Below, piece after piece: positions 49,993 through 62,010 of a DNA stretch of 64,000 nucleotides. Source of the stretch: Parvularia atlantis (Eukaryota); contig CALSCO010000649.1 in assembly GCA_943704415.1 (NCBI GenBank), forward strand, positions 1 to 64,000. Direction: 5' to 3'. The notes under the pieces are model-generated. The model saw only the letters and a program-made list of their open reading frames with translations, had not been told where the DNA came from and did no database searches. Within the stretch, counting starts at the first letter, position 1, and each line of letters opens with the position of its first letter. The position numbers were made by a program, and so were the translations under genes.

Positions 49993-52900
49993 ATGGCCGA
50001 CGACGACGGGGCCACAGCGGCCGCGCCGGCCGAGCTCTTTGTGCTGTCGCGCGTGCAGCTGACGGAGCGGGTCGTGCAGCTGGAGAAGCTGCTGCTCGCG
50101 GAGCGGGCGGACGCGCAGGTGCGTGGCACGTGAGCACGACAGCGGCGGCACGGCGCTCACACGAAGGGGGGCCAGCGCGCACGCGTCTTCGCGGAGCAGC
50201 GCATCGCCGAGCTGCAGGAGCAGCTGAGCGCGGCGCACGGCCGCGTGGCCGAGCTGGAGACGAAGGCGCGCCGTGGGAGGCGGCTCGCGCGACGTAGGCG
50301 GGGCAGCTGACGCCCGCGCAGGTCACCGCGTCGCTATCCCCTGCCCACCACGACCACCACCACCACCAGCAGTCCCGGCGCCTGTCCACCGACCACGCCG
50401 CCGAGGGCGCGATGCGCAATTCGAGCTCGAACCTCGCACTGCAGCTGCCGGCCGCGTCCGGGGGCGGCAGCCGCTCGCCCAGCCCCGGTGCGCGGTCTTC
50501 CACATCGACATCGGCATCAACAACGACGTCGGCGCTTAACCCCACCCCGCACGCACGGTCCACAGACATGCTCACGCCCCGATCGGTCGACACGGTTGTC
50601 GACAGCCGCCGTCTGCAGCGTGGCCAGCGGTGCGCCTGCCCATCCCGCACGACGTGATCGCGCGGCTCACACACACGCGGCGAACAAAGGTGGTCGGAGC
50701 AAGTCCGCATCACCCGCAAGCTCTTCGTCAAGATCTGCGAGGCCAAGGACCTGCCCAAGGGCTCGCACATGATGCCGTCGTTCATGGCCAAGAACTTCGA
50801 GTCCGAGAGCCAGTACGTCAAGCTCGCGCTGGACGCGGCCGAGTTTGGCCGGACAAAGCCCGTCGCTAAGCAGGTGCGCTCGCACCATGGCCACGCGCGT
50901 GCCCATGTCGCACGCACAGGCGATGTGGAATGAGGAGTTTGAACGCGAGCTGGACGGCGCGGCCGAGGCGCTCGTCGTGACCGTGTACGTCAAGGGCAAG
51001 ATCAAGGGTGTGCGGCGACGAACGGCCGCGCCCCGGTGCTCATGCCGCACCCGACACGCAGCCGTGTTCAAGGACACGGCAATCGCGCAGCTGTCGCTCC
51101 GCCTCGACTCGCTCAACAAGGACTCAAACAGGCACGAGGACTGGCTGCCGATGTTTCGCCCGCGCGCCAGCAAGGACAACGTGCGCAGGCGACGCTGCCG
51201 TTACGCAAGAGGCTGACCGGCGCCGCGCATGCAGCTGCTGGTCGGGAGCATCTTTGCGGACATTGTGCTGACGACGCGCGACCCGCACGCGCCCAACGGC
51301 GTCGTGACCGTGTCGGTGCGCATCATCGAGGGCCTCAACCTGGCCGACCGCGAGGAGGGCGGCTGCTTCCCCTGCGTCGTGCTGCACATGCTGCCGGACG
51401 ACGAGCTCAAGTCGACTAAGCAGACCCAGCCGCGCCTGGCCGAGAACGTCGACCCGGTCTTCAACGAGCTGTTTGTGTTCACGGTCCCGCGCCAGTCGCT
51501 CGGGGAGTGCGCGGTGCGTCGCTCGCGTGCAGCGGGGGCGGCGTGCGACTCGTGCTTGACGCTGTGGCGCAGCTGCACATGTCGGTCTGGAACAACAACC
51601 CGTCGCTCAAGAAGGAGGCCTATCACGAGGGCGACTTTCTCGGCCAGGTGCTCCTGCCGCTGTGCGAGTTTGAGATCCTGCCCGAGAGCGACAGCGTGCC
51701 CGAGGGCCCCGGGTGCGGCGCCGTCTTCGTGTGCTTGCTTGTTGGGCGGCGTGGCTGACGCGGCGGGGCTCGGCAGTCGCTGGTACACGCTCAACGACCG
51801 GCAGGACAAGGAGAGCAAGAGCATGCTCGCGGGTGCCGTCGCGGGCGCGGCCAACACCGCCGCCAAGATCATGTCGCGCGCCACGTCGAGCAGGACGCTC
51901 GAGCGCGTGCAGCAGCGGTCGCACGTGCGTGCACACGCGCGGGCGCGTGGTATCTGACGTTGTGCAAAGTCCAATCTGCAGGCGCTCCTGCGCAGCGCGT
52001 CAGACGCGCAGATGGGCCTCGCGCAGCTCGCCAAGCACGACATTGTCCAGACGACGTTTGCCTCGCCGACCGACTGCGAGCAGTGCGGCGGCGCCATTGT
52101 GCGGCCCGGCTACAAGGTGCGTGCGTCTGGCACGGGCCAGCGTGAGCGTACGCCTGCTGAACACGGCGGCGGCGGCGCAGTGCAAGGTGTGCAACATGAC
52201 CATCCATGACGCGTGCCGCCCCTACGTAAGCATCCCGTGCGCGACGGCCGGCTCGCTGCGCCTGGCGTACCGGTGCGCTGGCCTGTGCGGCGTGGGGCTC
52301 GCTTGACCACCGGCGACGCAGGTACACGGAAGAGTCGATGCTGCCGTATGGCGCGTACACGACGCTGCTCGAGCTGGTGCGTCATCTTGTCGCTGGTCGG
52401 GTGCTTGCCGGCTAAACCCAGAAGCACAGCTGACGGAGGACAGCATGGCGGTGCTGACGAGCCTCGGCAACGTGTGCGAGGTCGACCGCCTGAATGAGGT
52501 GTCCAAGTGCTCGGTCAACATCTTCCAGTCGCAGGTGCCCGCGCGACGCGGCTCTGTACGCGCGTGCGCTGACGCCGCTGCACGCAAGGGCACGGCCGTC
52601 GCGTACCTCAAGCGCCTGATCACGGCCGAGGTGCAGTCGACCAAGGACCCCAACACGATCTTCCGCGGCAACACGATCGCGACCAAGGCCATCGACTACT
52701 TTATGAAGCTGATCGGTGCGCGGACGCACGCAGGAGGGCAGGGCGGACTGACACTCTGCCAAGGCCGCGACTACCTGCTCGGGACGCTCAAGCGCCCGAT
52801 CAACGAGATCTTCTCGGAGAAGAAGAACTGTGAGCTCGACCCGTCGCGCGTGCCCAACCCAGACAAGCGCTCCACGGTCGACTTTGCGGCCAACCGTAAG

Positions 52901-54259
52901 AACCTGCTCGGTGCGCGCGCCTCGACGACCCAGTGCCTCGTTGTGCTGACCGGTCCAATGCAGTCGTGCTCAAGAAGCTACTTGACGCAATCTTCGCCTC
53001 GGTCGAGGCGTGCCCGCTCCAACTGCGCAAGATCTTCTCGCACATGCAGGAGGAGGTCGAGAGCCGGTGCGTGCGCGCGCACCTGCACAGCGCGCAGGCT
53101 GCTCACGCGTAGCGTGCCCAGATTCGCCAACGAGCCCGAGATCCGCTACATCGTCGTCTCGGGCTTCATCTTCTTGCGCTTCCTCTGCCCGGCCATCCTC
53201 GGCCCAAAGCTCTTTGGCATCCGCTCGGACCTGCCCGACTTTGCGACCGCGCGCACGCTCACGCTCGCGGCCAAAGTGCTGCAGGTGCGTCCGACCTGCT
53301 CGGCTTTTGGCGCACGTCTCACAAGCGCCGCTTGCAGAACCTCGCCAACATGGTCGAGTTTGGCCAGAAGGAGCCGTACATGATCGAGATGAACGAGTTT
53401 ATCCGCGAGCGCAAGACGAGCATGATGGTGCACCGCTCCGTTCGCGCTGCCCGCTGGCCTGACCCAACAACGCAGATGTTCATCGACGCGCTCTCGGGCA
53501 ACGTCGGCGCGCTCCAGCGGCACATTGCCGACCTCGACGAGCGCGTCAAGGCCGAGATCCGCGTCTACGAGGGCGCGCAGGTCCTCAAGGACAAGGGTGC
53601 GCCGCCGCTCTTTCAGCGCGCGACGGCTGACCGCGCAGCCGACCGCGCAGCCGACGCCACGCGCAACAACCGCACCATGGTCAAGAAGGAGGTCACTGCC
53701 TCGCAGCTCAAGATCCTCGAGCTCAACAAGGAGCTCGACACGCTCAAGAAGGCCCTCGACGGCTGGAGTGCGCTGGCCGTGCGCTACTGCGGCCGCTGCA
53801 CACACTCACGCCGCCCGCGCCAGCCAACGACAAGGGCGACTCGCCCGAGACCGCCAAAAAGTTCAACGTCGACATCGAGGTCGAGCTCGCCCGCCTCCAC
53901 GGCCAGCTCAACGCCAAGCACTCCGACGTCGTCGCTGCTCTCGAGGTAAGGCGCACTTGTGGTTCTGCGCTTGCTCAACTCCGTGCGCAGGCACTCGACA
54001 AACACGGCGTCAGCATCGCGCGCGCCCTCGTCGCCACCCTCGACGAGCTCGACGCCATGCGCAACCGGCTCTCGCGACCGGTGCGTGCGGGTAGACAGCG
54101 CGCAGTGGCTGATCACGCTCGCGCAACAACGAGCAGAAGACAATCAGCGCCAGCGCGCCCAGCAACCGCGGCAGCGTCATCGACCTTGCCGGCGTCGGCG
54201 CAGCAGGCCCGGGGGCGGGGGCGGGAGCGGCGCAGCAGCAGCAGACCAGTGGATTTTGA
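49993..54259 (+). CDS. RasGAP with N-terminal coiled coil, two C2 domains and a C1 domain
   Basis: LFVKICEAKDL...WNEEF and VRIIEGLNL...DPVFNELFVF (C2); HDIV..TFASPTDCEQC...GYK|CKVCNMTIHDAC...C (C1); IFRGNTIATK and SGFIFLRFLCPAILGP...KVLQ|NLAN...KEPYM (RasGAP). Confidence 0.9.
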
Positions 54260-54540
54260 TCAGTGGGTGGGGTGTGCGTGGTGGGAGAGAAAAGGGACGA
54301 AGCGTGTGTGCTGCCGTTCGCAACTTCACAGCAGCGGCACGGGTCGTGTCAAGCGTGACGCGCTTGCCAAAGGCAGCTGCGAACGGGTGCATAGCTCCAC
54401 CATGGCGAGCATGAGCGGCGTCACACCCGCTGAGACGCACGGGGCTGCTTGCGGGCGCCCTTGTCCTCATGTTTCCTCGCGCCACCATTGCCGTCCGCTG
54501 GGTGCCGCGAGAATATTGTGCGCTCAGCCACCCGCCAGAC

Positions 54541-57500
54541 ATGGCCGCGCCTGCATCGGCGACCTCATCGTCGTTCCGGCCGTTTGCGGTGGACGTGCTC
54601 GTGGACCCGTCGGTGCTGGCGGCCAACAAGCTGCGGCTCGAGTCGATCGCGGTGCTGGGTGCGCGCGCTGCTGTGCCGCTGCCGCTGCTGCGACTCGCCT
54701 GACGTCGACGCAGAAAACTACCTGCTCGTGGGCACGACGGACGGGCAAGTGTGCGTCTTTGGCACGGAGAAGCGCGGAGCCAAGGCGCGCACTGCTGCTG
54801 CTCGCACGCATCGACGGTGGACTGACGGCGATGCGTGCAGCTGGACGTGCGGCTGGTGCAGAAGCTGAGCCTCGGCGTGGCGCGCAAGCCGGTGGAGGAG
54901 CTGCTGGTGGCGCTGGCGCCGCGCAAGGTCGTTGCGCTGTGCGGTGCGGGCGCTCGCGTGCGTGCTTGTGCGCAGGCACGGCCGTAACGCCGGCGTGGGC
55001 GGCGCAGACGGTCACGTGGTCGTGCTGCAGTGGGCCGGGTCGCAGCTGCGGCTGGCGCCAGGCATCGCGAGCGTCAAGGGCGTGACGTGCGCGTGCCTGG
55101 GAACGCAGCGCGCGGGCAGGCCGATCGCGAGCTTGGTAGTGGCGCGCAAGCGCTCGATCGCCGTGTACGAGCTGGCCGAGTCGCTCGTGTTCGAGAAGGC
55201 ACTGTGTGCAATGCGGGCGCAGGGTTGGGCTGACGCGCGGCAGCAGGAGGTTGCGCTGAAGGACCACGTGGTGATGATGCGCTGCCACGGGAGCAAGGTC
55301 GTGCTGGCCAACACGGAGGAGTACGGCATCCTCGACCTGGACAGCGAGGAGGAGGTGTCGATGATGTCGTACAACCTCGAGGTGCGCTCGGTGTGGGAGC
55401 GATCGCTGCGCTCACGGGCCTTCGACGCCAGGCCGAGGTGGCAGGCGGCAAGGCCAAGACGACAACGGTGCAGCCGCTGATCCACCACATCATGGACGAT
55501 GAGTTTTTGCTGGCGTTCACGAGCGTGCAGCGTGCGCGCGGTCGTGCGATGAATGCGTGCGCGCGCGTGCTGAGCACGGCGCACGGCAGGGACGAGCCTC
55601 GGCATGTTTGTTTCGACCATCAGCAACAGCGCGTCGCGCTCGACGTTGCAGTGGTCGCTGTACCCGAACGCGCTCGGTGCGCGTGTGCTGCTGCGGCCGC
55701 GGGCGCTTGTCGTGCTGACGCACCGCGGCATATCCAGGCTTCCGGTTCCCGTACGTCGTGGGCGTGCTGCGCGAGACGATCGAGGTGCACTCGATCACCG
55801 ACCAGAAGCTGCAGCAGACGCTTGACATGCCCGGGCAGGACGAGGCCAAGTGCGCCGCCCGCGCGCGTGCACGGCTGGTCGCTCACGTCGGTCGTGCGGC
55901 GGCAGGGCGCTGTGCGAGGGCTCGGGGCGGACGCTGTTCATCATCACGCGCAACAGCATCCTCGCGCTGACAATGCAGACGCTCGAGGCGCAGGTGCCGG
56001 CGGTTGCGATGCAGGGCGCGCACTCAATCCCTCCGCGGCCAGATTGAGTCATTGCTCAAGCTGCGGCGTATCGCCACGGCGACGAGCATGATTGAGCTGT
56101 ACGGGTCGGGCGAGAACACGCGCAAGGCATGATGCGGCACAGCGCAACCTCGCGCGCTCGTGCTCACGCGTGCGCACAGAATCGCCCGATCGCCGAGGTG
56201 TATGCGCGCGCGGCGTTTGTGCTCGTGCGCGAGGGTGCGTACGCCGAATGCGTCGACTACCTCAAGCGCGGGCACGTGGACGCGCGGTTGATCATCGCGC
56301 TGCTGCCGGGCATCTCGACGGCGATCTTTGGGACGGCGACGCTGACCGAGCTGCACACGGCACTGCGCGAGCAGTACGGCATCACGGGCAGCATCGAGCA
56401 GCTCGGTGCGCGGTCGTCAGCCTGCGCGACAAACACTCACACGCTCGCATCATCAGCACAACAGCAGGCGTCGCCCACGCGCCCGGCCCAGGCGACCGTG
56501 CGCGCGGCAATGTCGGCCTTTGCGCAGTACTTGCTGCACGTGCGGGCGCAGGGCGATTCCGACAAGACACTCCGTGAGGTGCGCGTACGATTGCCCTGCG
56601 CATGCACCCACGGTCTTGTAGGAGGTCGACACGACACTGCTCAAGATCTTTGCCGACACGGACGACCCGCATCTGTACCAGTTCCTGGTCGAGCCGAATG
56701 TGTGCCTGCTCGAGGAGGCCGAGGACTGCCTCAAGAGCTTGCAGGTGCGTGCGCGGCTGTGCCCTCGTTTTGCCCGTGAACCCGTCCGCGCGCGCAGAAA
56801 ATGTATGCCCTGGCGCTGCTGTACCGCAGCCACGGCCTGCACGACAAGGCACTGTCGGTCTGGGTGCGGCGCCGGCCGGGGTTGCTTGTGCGGTCAAAGC
56901 TGAGCACGCCGCAACAGGTGCGCCTGCTCACGCGCGAGATTACGACGACCGAGACGGTCGGGTCACTTGAGGACTTGGCGGCGTACATGACCGAGGTCAA
57001 CGAGGCGCGGCTCATCTGGAAGCACGCCGACACGGTCTTCAAGCTCAACGCGGCCGTGGCCGTGCGGGTGCGTGCGCTCGTGTCCTGGCATGTGCGCAGG
57101 TGCTCACGCTGGCCCGCCAAGATGTTTTTGTGCCGCCGCGAGCCGCTGCTGCCGCCCCTGGACGTGTTTCGCTTCGTGAGCAAGTTTGGCGACGAGCCAC
57201 TGCGGCTGCTGCTCGAGTACCTGATCACGCACGAGCAATCGAAGGCACGCGGTGGCGCGCGCGTGCCGTGCGCTGCTTTTCACCCAGTGTGGCACGGCAG
57301 GTCGAGCAGTTTCACACCGAGCTCGCGTCGATCTACCTCCGGCGCGTGCTGGCAGCGCAGTCGGGCGAGGCGGCGTCGCCCCAACGCGCGAGCTTATGTG
57401 CGTCGACGTGCGCCGCCTGTTTGCGCATGCTCACTGCGGCCGCTGTGCAGACGACGACGAGCCGAGCGATCGCGTCGACGTCGACGAGCTGTTTGCGCGG

Positions 57501-58336
57501 CGCACGGGGCCACGGCTCTCGTTCGAGGCGTTCCTCGAGCAGCAGCCCGACAGCGTCAGCCGCGCGCGCGTGACCCTGCTCCGGTTCCTGAAAGAGTCGG
57601 CACACTACCGGCCCGCGCTACTGCTTGACTCGCTGCAAAACACGACGCTGTTGCTCGAGCTGGCCGTGCTCTACTCCAAGGTGCGGTCGCTTCCGTGCAC
57701 TGGTGTGTCTGACGCGGCCGCAGGTCAACATGCACGAAAAGGCGCTCGAGCTGCTCGTGTTCCAGATGAAGGACTTTGCGGGCGCCGAGGACTACTGCCG
57801 CGAGCCCGTACGGCGGCCCAGCGCGACGCTCGATGACCGGCAGCTCTCGCGCGACCTGTTCCTGCTCCTGCTCAAGGTGTACATCCATGCGGCCGGGGCG
57901 AGCAGCAGCGAGCGCTTCCTGCAGCCGGCGATGCACCTGCTCGACAACCAGCTGACCGAGATGGACGTGGCCAAGGTGCTGGCGGTGCTGCCCAGCTCGT
58001 GGTCGCTCGGCGTTGTCGAGCGGTTCCTGGCGCGCGCGATCCGCCGCAGCATCCACGAGAAGCACGAGGGGTGCATCGTGCGGTCGCTGCACAAGGGCGA
58101 GATCGTGCAGGTGCGCTCGCTGCTGGGCGTACGCTCGTGCTCGTACTCAGAGCTGTGCGCGCAAACACCAGGTCCAGTCGGAGCTGATGCGGCTGCGCGC
58201 GGCGCGCGTGGTCATCACCGACATGACGCTGTGCCCCGTCTGCCGCAAGCGCATCGACGTCGCCGTCTTTGCGCGCACGCCCGCCGGCCACGTCGTCCAC
58301 GTGCACTGCCTCGAGCGTTCCAGTGAAGGGCGGTGA
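54541..58336 (+). CDS. VPS39/TGFBRAP1 (Vps3-like) tethering-complex subunit
   Basis: CNH-type N-terminus (LLVGTTDG, RKPVEEL), EVDTTLLK, ALALLYRSHGLHDKAL, LLEYL, FHTELASIY, MHEKALELLV..MKDF..AEDYC and C-terminal CPVC...HVHC. Confidence 0.88.
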
Positions 58337-58378
58337 GCGACTGTGTGTGTTTGATTGTACAAGCGACGGCCCCGGTTG

Positions 58379-59011
58379 ATGGCTTACGTCAAGGCGCGGG
58401 CGCGCGCGCGCGAAGGCCCGCAACAGCAGTCCACTGACGAGGCGCGACGACGCAGCACTTTGACGAGCCGCCGGTCGCGGACGATGGGCACGAGGTCAGC
58501 GCGGGCGACGCATCGTCGTCGTCGACGGGCTACGCCGTGCGTGTCGCGCCCATCTCGCACGTGCTGCATCGCACTGATCGTGCGGCGCGTCGCCAGCACG
58601 TCGCCCAGCGCAGCACGCGCGCGGCGCCGGGCGCCGGCGACGACGACAACGACGACGACGACGACGGCGAGCTCGACCCGCGCGACGTGGCCGGGGCGAT
58701 CGTCATCCCGGTCAAGAAGGTCTCGGGGCGGCTGGGGATGGAGGTGCGGACGACCAAGAAGAAGGGCACGCGTATCCTCAAGGTGCGCGCCGTGCGCACG
58801 CATCGCCCGTTCCCGTGCGCGCCGCCGACGAGCTCGTCGCCGCCAGGTGCTCAAGGGCGGCGTGGCCGAGGCCAGCCAGCTGCAGCCGCGCGACGTGATC
58901 ATCAAGGTCAACGACACGTCCGTCGTCGGCTGGGACCACTTCAAGGTCAACCAGTTCCTCAAGCGCAAGGAGGTCGACACGCTCACCATCATCCGCCACG
59001 CCCTGCCGTGA
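58379..59011 (+). CDS. Small PDZ-domain protein
   Basis: KKVSGRLGMEVR...ILK|VLKGGVAEASQLQPRDVIIKVNDTSVVGWDHFKVNQFLK. Confidence 0.8.
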   Translation: MAYVKARARAREGPQQQSTDEARRRSTLTSRRSRTMGTRSARATHRRRRRATPCVSRPSRTCCIALIVRRVASTSPSAARARRRAPATTTTTTTTTASSTRATWPGRSSSRSRRSRGGWGWRCGRPRRRARVSSRCAPCARIARSRARRRRARRRQVLKGGVAEASQLQPRDVIIKVNDTSVVGWDHFKVNQFLKRKEVDTLTIIRHALP

Positions 59012-59035
59012 CGCCGCGGCGCGCCTGTGCCGCCG

Positions 59036-59042
<7 letters not shown>

Positions 59043-59072
<30 letters not shown>
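59043..59072. repeat. (CT)15 microsatellite
   Basis: Perfect CT run between convergent genes. Confidence 0.95.
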
Positions 59073-59077
<5 letters not shown>

Positions 59078-59094
59078 CTCTTTGCCCTGACAAA

Positions 59095-59584
59095 CTACAA
59101 GACCATCGCGTCCCCGCCGTCCCCCGCGCCCGACCCCGCGCCGCCACCGCCGTCCCCCGCAGCCACCAGCCGCACCGCCGGCAGCTCGCGGTACCGCGCC
59201 AGCTGCTCTCTGCGCCGCCACCGGGCATCAGCAGCACGCTTACCTCTGAGTCCGCACGCGCACGCACCGCCGCAGCGCCAGCGTCCGCGTCAGCTGCTCG
59301 ATCTGCGCGCGCTGCTGCCCCGCCGTCAAGTCGCCGCCCGGCAGAGCGTCGAGGTAGGCGTGGCACCGCTGCACGGCCTCGGCCACGTTGAGCACCTCGG
59401 AGCGGCGTGCGCGGGCGCGGCGATCAGCATCCGTGCGCATCCGTGCTCATCTGCCCGCGCGGCATCCGCGCACCAGCTTCTCCACGTCCGACGGGCTGCT
59501 CGTCGCGTTGATCTTCTCTACGCACTCGGCCACGCGCGGCAGCAGCTGCGCAAACGGCGCGCCGGGCGGTGGTTGCGCGGCCAT
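59095..59584 (-). CDS. MED9: Mediator subunit 9 (3 exons)
   Basis: Spliced MAAQPPPGAPFAQLLPRV...AEAVQRCHAYLDALPGGDLTAGQQRAQIEQLTRTLALRR|EQLARYRELP matches the Med9 LPG.D....Q...I..L.......L..Y pattern. Confidence 0.75.
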
Positions 59585-59630
59585 CACAATCGCACAAGCG
59601 CGGCAAACACAGCCTGAGCACGGACACTGC

Positions 59631-60620
59631 TCACTGCAGTTCGCGTTGGTCCGTGTCGAGGTGGACCATCTTCACGTCCTTGAGCACAACGACAGCGTCG
59701 CCCAGCATCTCGATCGCCAGCTTCACGGCCAGGTTGTGCCGCTCGCCGCTTAGCCGCAGTCAACGCCGACTCGGAGGTGCCATCGGCTTTGAAGCCCAGT
59801 GCGGCTTGCCACACGCGGCGCTGCGACGTGCTGAGCCCACATGGTAGCTTCGCTCTCGCTGCTGACGGCCTGAGCGAGGTCGAAAGGCGGCGGTGGTTGT
59901 CAACGAAGCGCGGCATGAAGCTCGTTCGCATGCTAAACGGGCGCTAAAGGGACGGAAGTCTCGTGAAAGACCGCGCCGGATGCAAGCGCACCGAGCTCAC
60001 CGTCGGCACGTCGGCATAGCGCACTGGCAAGGAAGGTCCTTCGCGGACAGCGGCTCGAGCCGGTCACTGCCGCCGCAGTCGGTGGCGCACATGCCAGTGC
60101 CTTGCCAGAGATTGGTACGGAAAAACTGGCACACCGCCGACTCGGCTGACAAACACAAAGAGGGAGACAAGGGGGCCCAGGGGACCAAAAGCCCCGACAG
60201 AAAAGCGCGGTCTTGTATGCGACTTGATTGAACCGAAACTGAACATGAAAAGCGCATACAGGCCCAGGACGGGATCACAGCTTGCAGATCGGGCAGACGT
60301 GGTCGTGCACGGTGTCGAGACCTTCGGCCTCCAGTGCAGCATGGAAATGCCGCGACAGCACTACGCACGCAGAGCAGTACTGATGACCGCACTGGACCGC
60401 TTGCTGCTGGACGTCACTGGCCGAGTCGTGCAACTTGTTCACACCGAGGCACAGCAGGCAGAACTGCTTCACGAGCTCACCTGGGCATTGCGTTAGCAAA
60501 ACGAATCGTCACGTGTACAGACGCACCATTGGCAGCGGCGTCATCCGGAATGAGGTACAAGATATCTTGCAGCACGGCGATGCGCTCCAGCAAAGCCGCG
60601 GCCAAAGCATGCCAACCGAA
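59631..60620 (-). CDS. Putative RING-finger protein; gene model incomplete
   Basis: Exon 60480-60277 encodes CLLC-x19-CGHQYCSAC-x23-CPIC (C3HC4), preceded by a canonical intron at 60481-60526. No convincing in-frame ATG; link to downstream exons uncertain. Confidence 0.5.
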
Positions 60621-60643
60621 ATCCCTCCCATCGACTGTCCACC

Positions 60644-61966
60644 ATGGCCGAGCACCACGTGGCCTTGTGGCGCGTCGCCGTTGCGGCGCTGTTTGGCGCG
60701 CTGCTGCTGGCCGAGGTGGCCGTGCTGCACTTCTACAAAGCAAGCGTGCCGTGTGCGTGCCTCTGTGCGCTCGTGCTGACTGCGAGGCCAGGTCGACATC
60801 CAGGCGTCGTTCTGCGGGCTCGCGGCGTGGATGCGCACAACGTTTGCGCTGGGCGAGACGGCCGACGCGTGGATGAAGTGGGTGCACTACCAGACCAACA
60901 GCTTCATCTACATGCAGGTGCGGCGCGTTGCACGTGTGACGCGTGCGCCGGGGCTGAGCGCTGCGGCAGCTGAGCTGCCTCGTGATGTACCTCGTGGACG
61001 CGCGCGCCGGCGCCGAGATGTACACGTTTGTCGTGCTGGCGCACATCGCCAAGAACCTGAGCAAGAGCTTCATCGCGAGCCCGCGCGGCTTCTGGTTTTG
61101 CACGGCGGGGCACGCGATCTCGTGCGGCGGCGGTGCGTCGTTGCCGCGTGGCGCGCGTGTTGCGTGACGCCTGACGTGTCCTGCGCTCCGCTCGCTCAGG
61201 CTACAGCCTGCCGTCGGGGCACTCGATGATGAGCTTGCTCGTGCTGCTGTTCCTGGCGATCCGCTTCCCGCGCCACCGCAAGGCGATCCTCGGCGTGGGC
61301 GCGCTGTTCGAGCTCTACACCGTGTTTGAGATCATCTACCTGGGCACTCACACGCCCACGGACGTCGTCGTCGGCTTCACCTTTGCGCTCTTTGTCGTCG
61401 CGCTGCTGCTCGTGTGGGACGCTGAGCCCTTCGCGGCGGTGCAGCGCGCGCTTGTGGCCAGCCCCGAGCTGCTCGCGCTCGTGCTCGCGGCCGTCACGGC
61501 GCTCGTCTACACGCTCGAGCTCATGGAGGAGGCGCACGAGGACGCGGCCGTGCACCCGCGCGAGTGGCAGGCCAACTACGAGAGCTACTGCCGGCTGCAA
61601 CCGGGCTCGGCCGCGCGCCACATGCGCAACTCGTCGGCGTTTGAGAAGACAGCGCTCATGATTGGCCTCACGGGCGCGCTGTACGTGCGGCAACGGCTCG
61701 GGCTCGTGGGCGACGGTGGCAGCGACGAGGGTGTGGTGCCGCGTGTGGTGCGCGCCGCGGCCACCTTCGGCGTGCTCACGTACAGCAAGCGCCTGCTCAA
61801 GCTCGCGCTCATCCCCGTGATCTTTGCCGAGCTGACGGGGCCGTGGAAGTACCTCGTCTACGTCGTGCAGCCGTTCCTGCTGCTCGTCGTCTTCCCGGTC
61901 CTGCTGCACGCGCTCCAGCTCGGCCGCTTCATCGCCCCCTTCTCGCACAGCAAAAAGCACGCCTGA
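60644..61966 (+). CDS. PAP2-superfamily multi-pass membrane phosphatase-like protein
   Basis: KSFIASPRGFW, YSLPSGHS and IYLGTHTPTDVVVG; many TM helices. Confidence 0.82.
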
Positions 61967-62010
61967 CATGTACATGTGCGGTTGACGCGGTTGAGCCTTA
62001 CTCGTCGCCC

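Noticed and set aside
60224..60496. 90-aa plus-strand ORF
   Set aside because: Antisense to the RING exon, which has splice signals and a recognisable motif.
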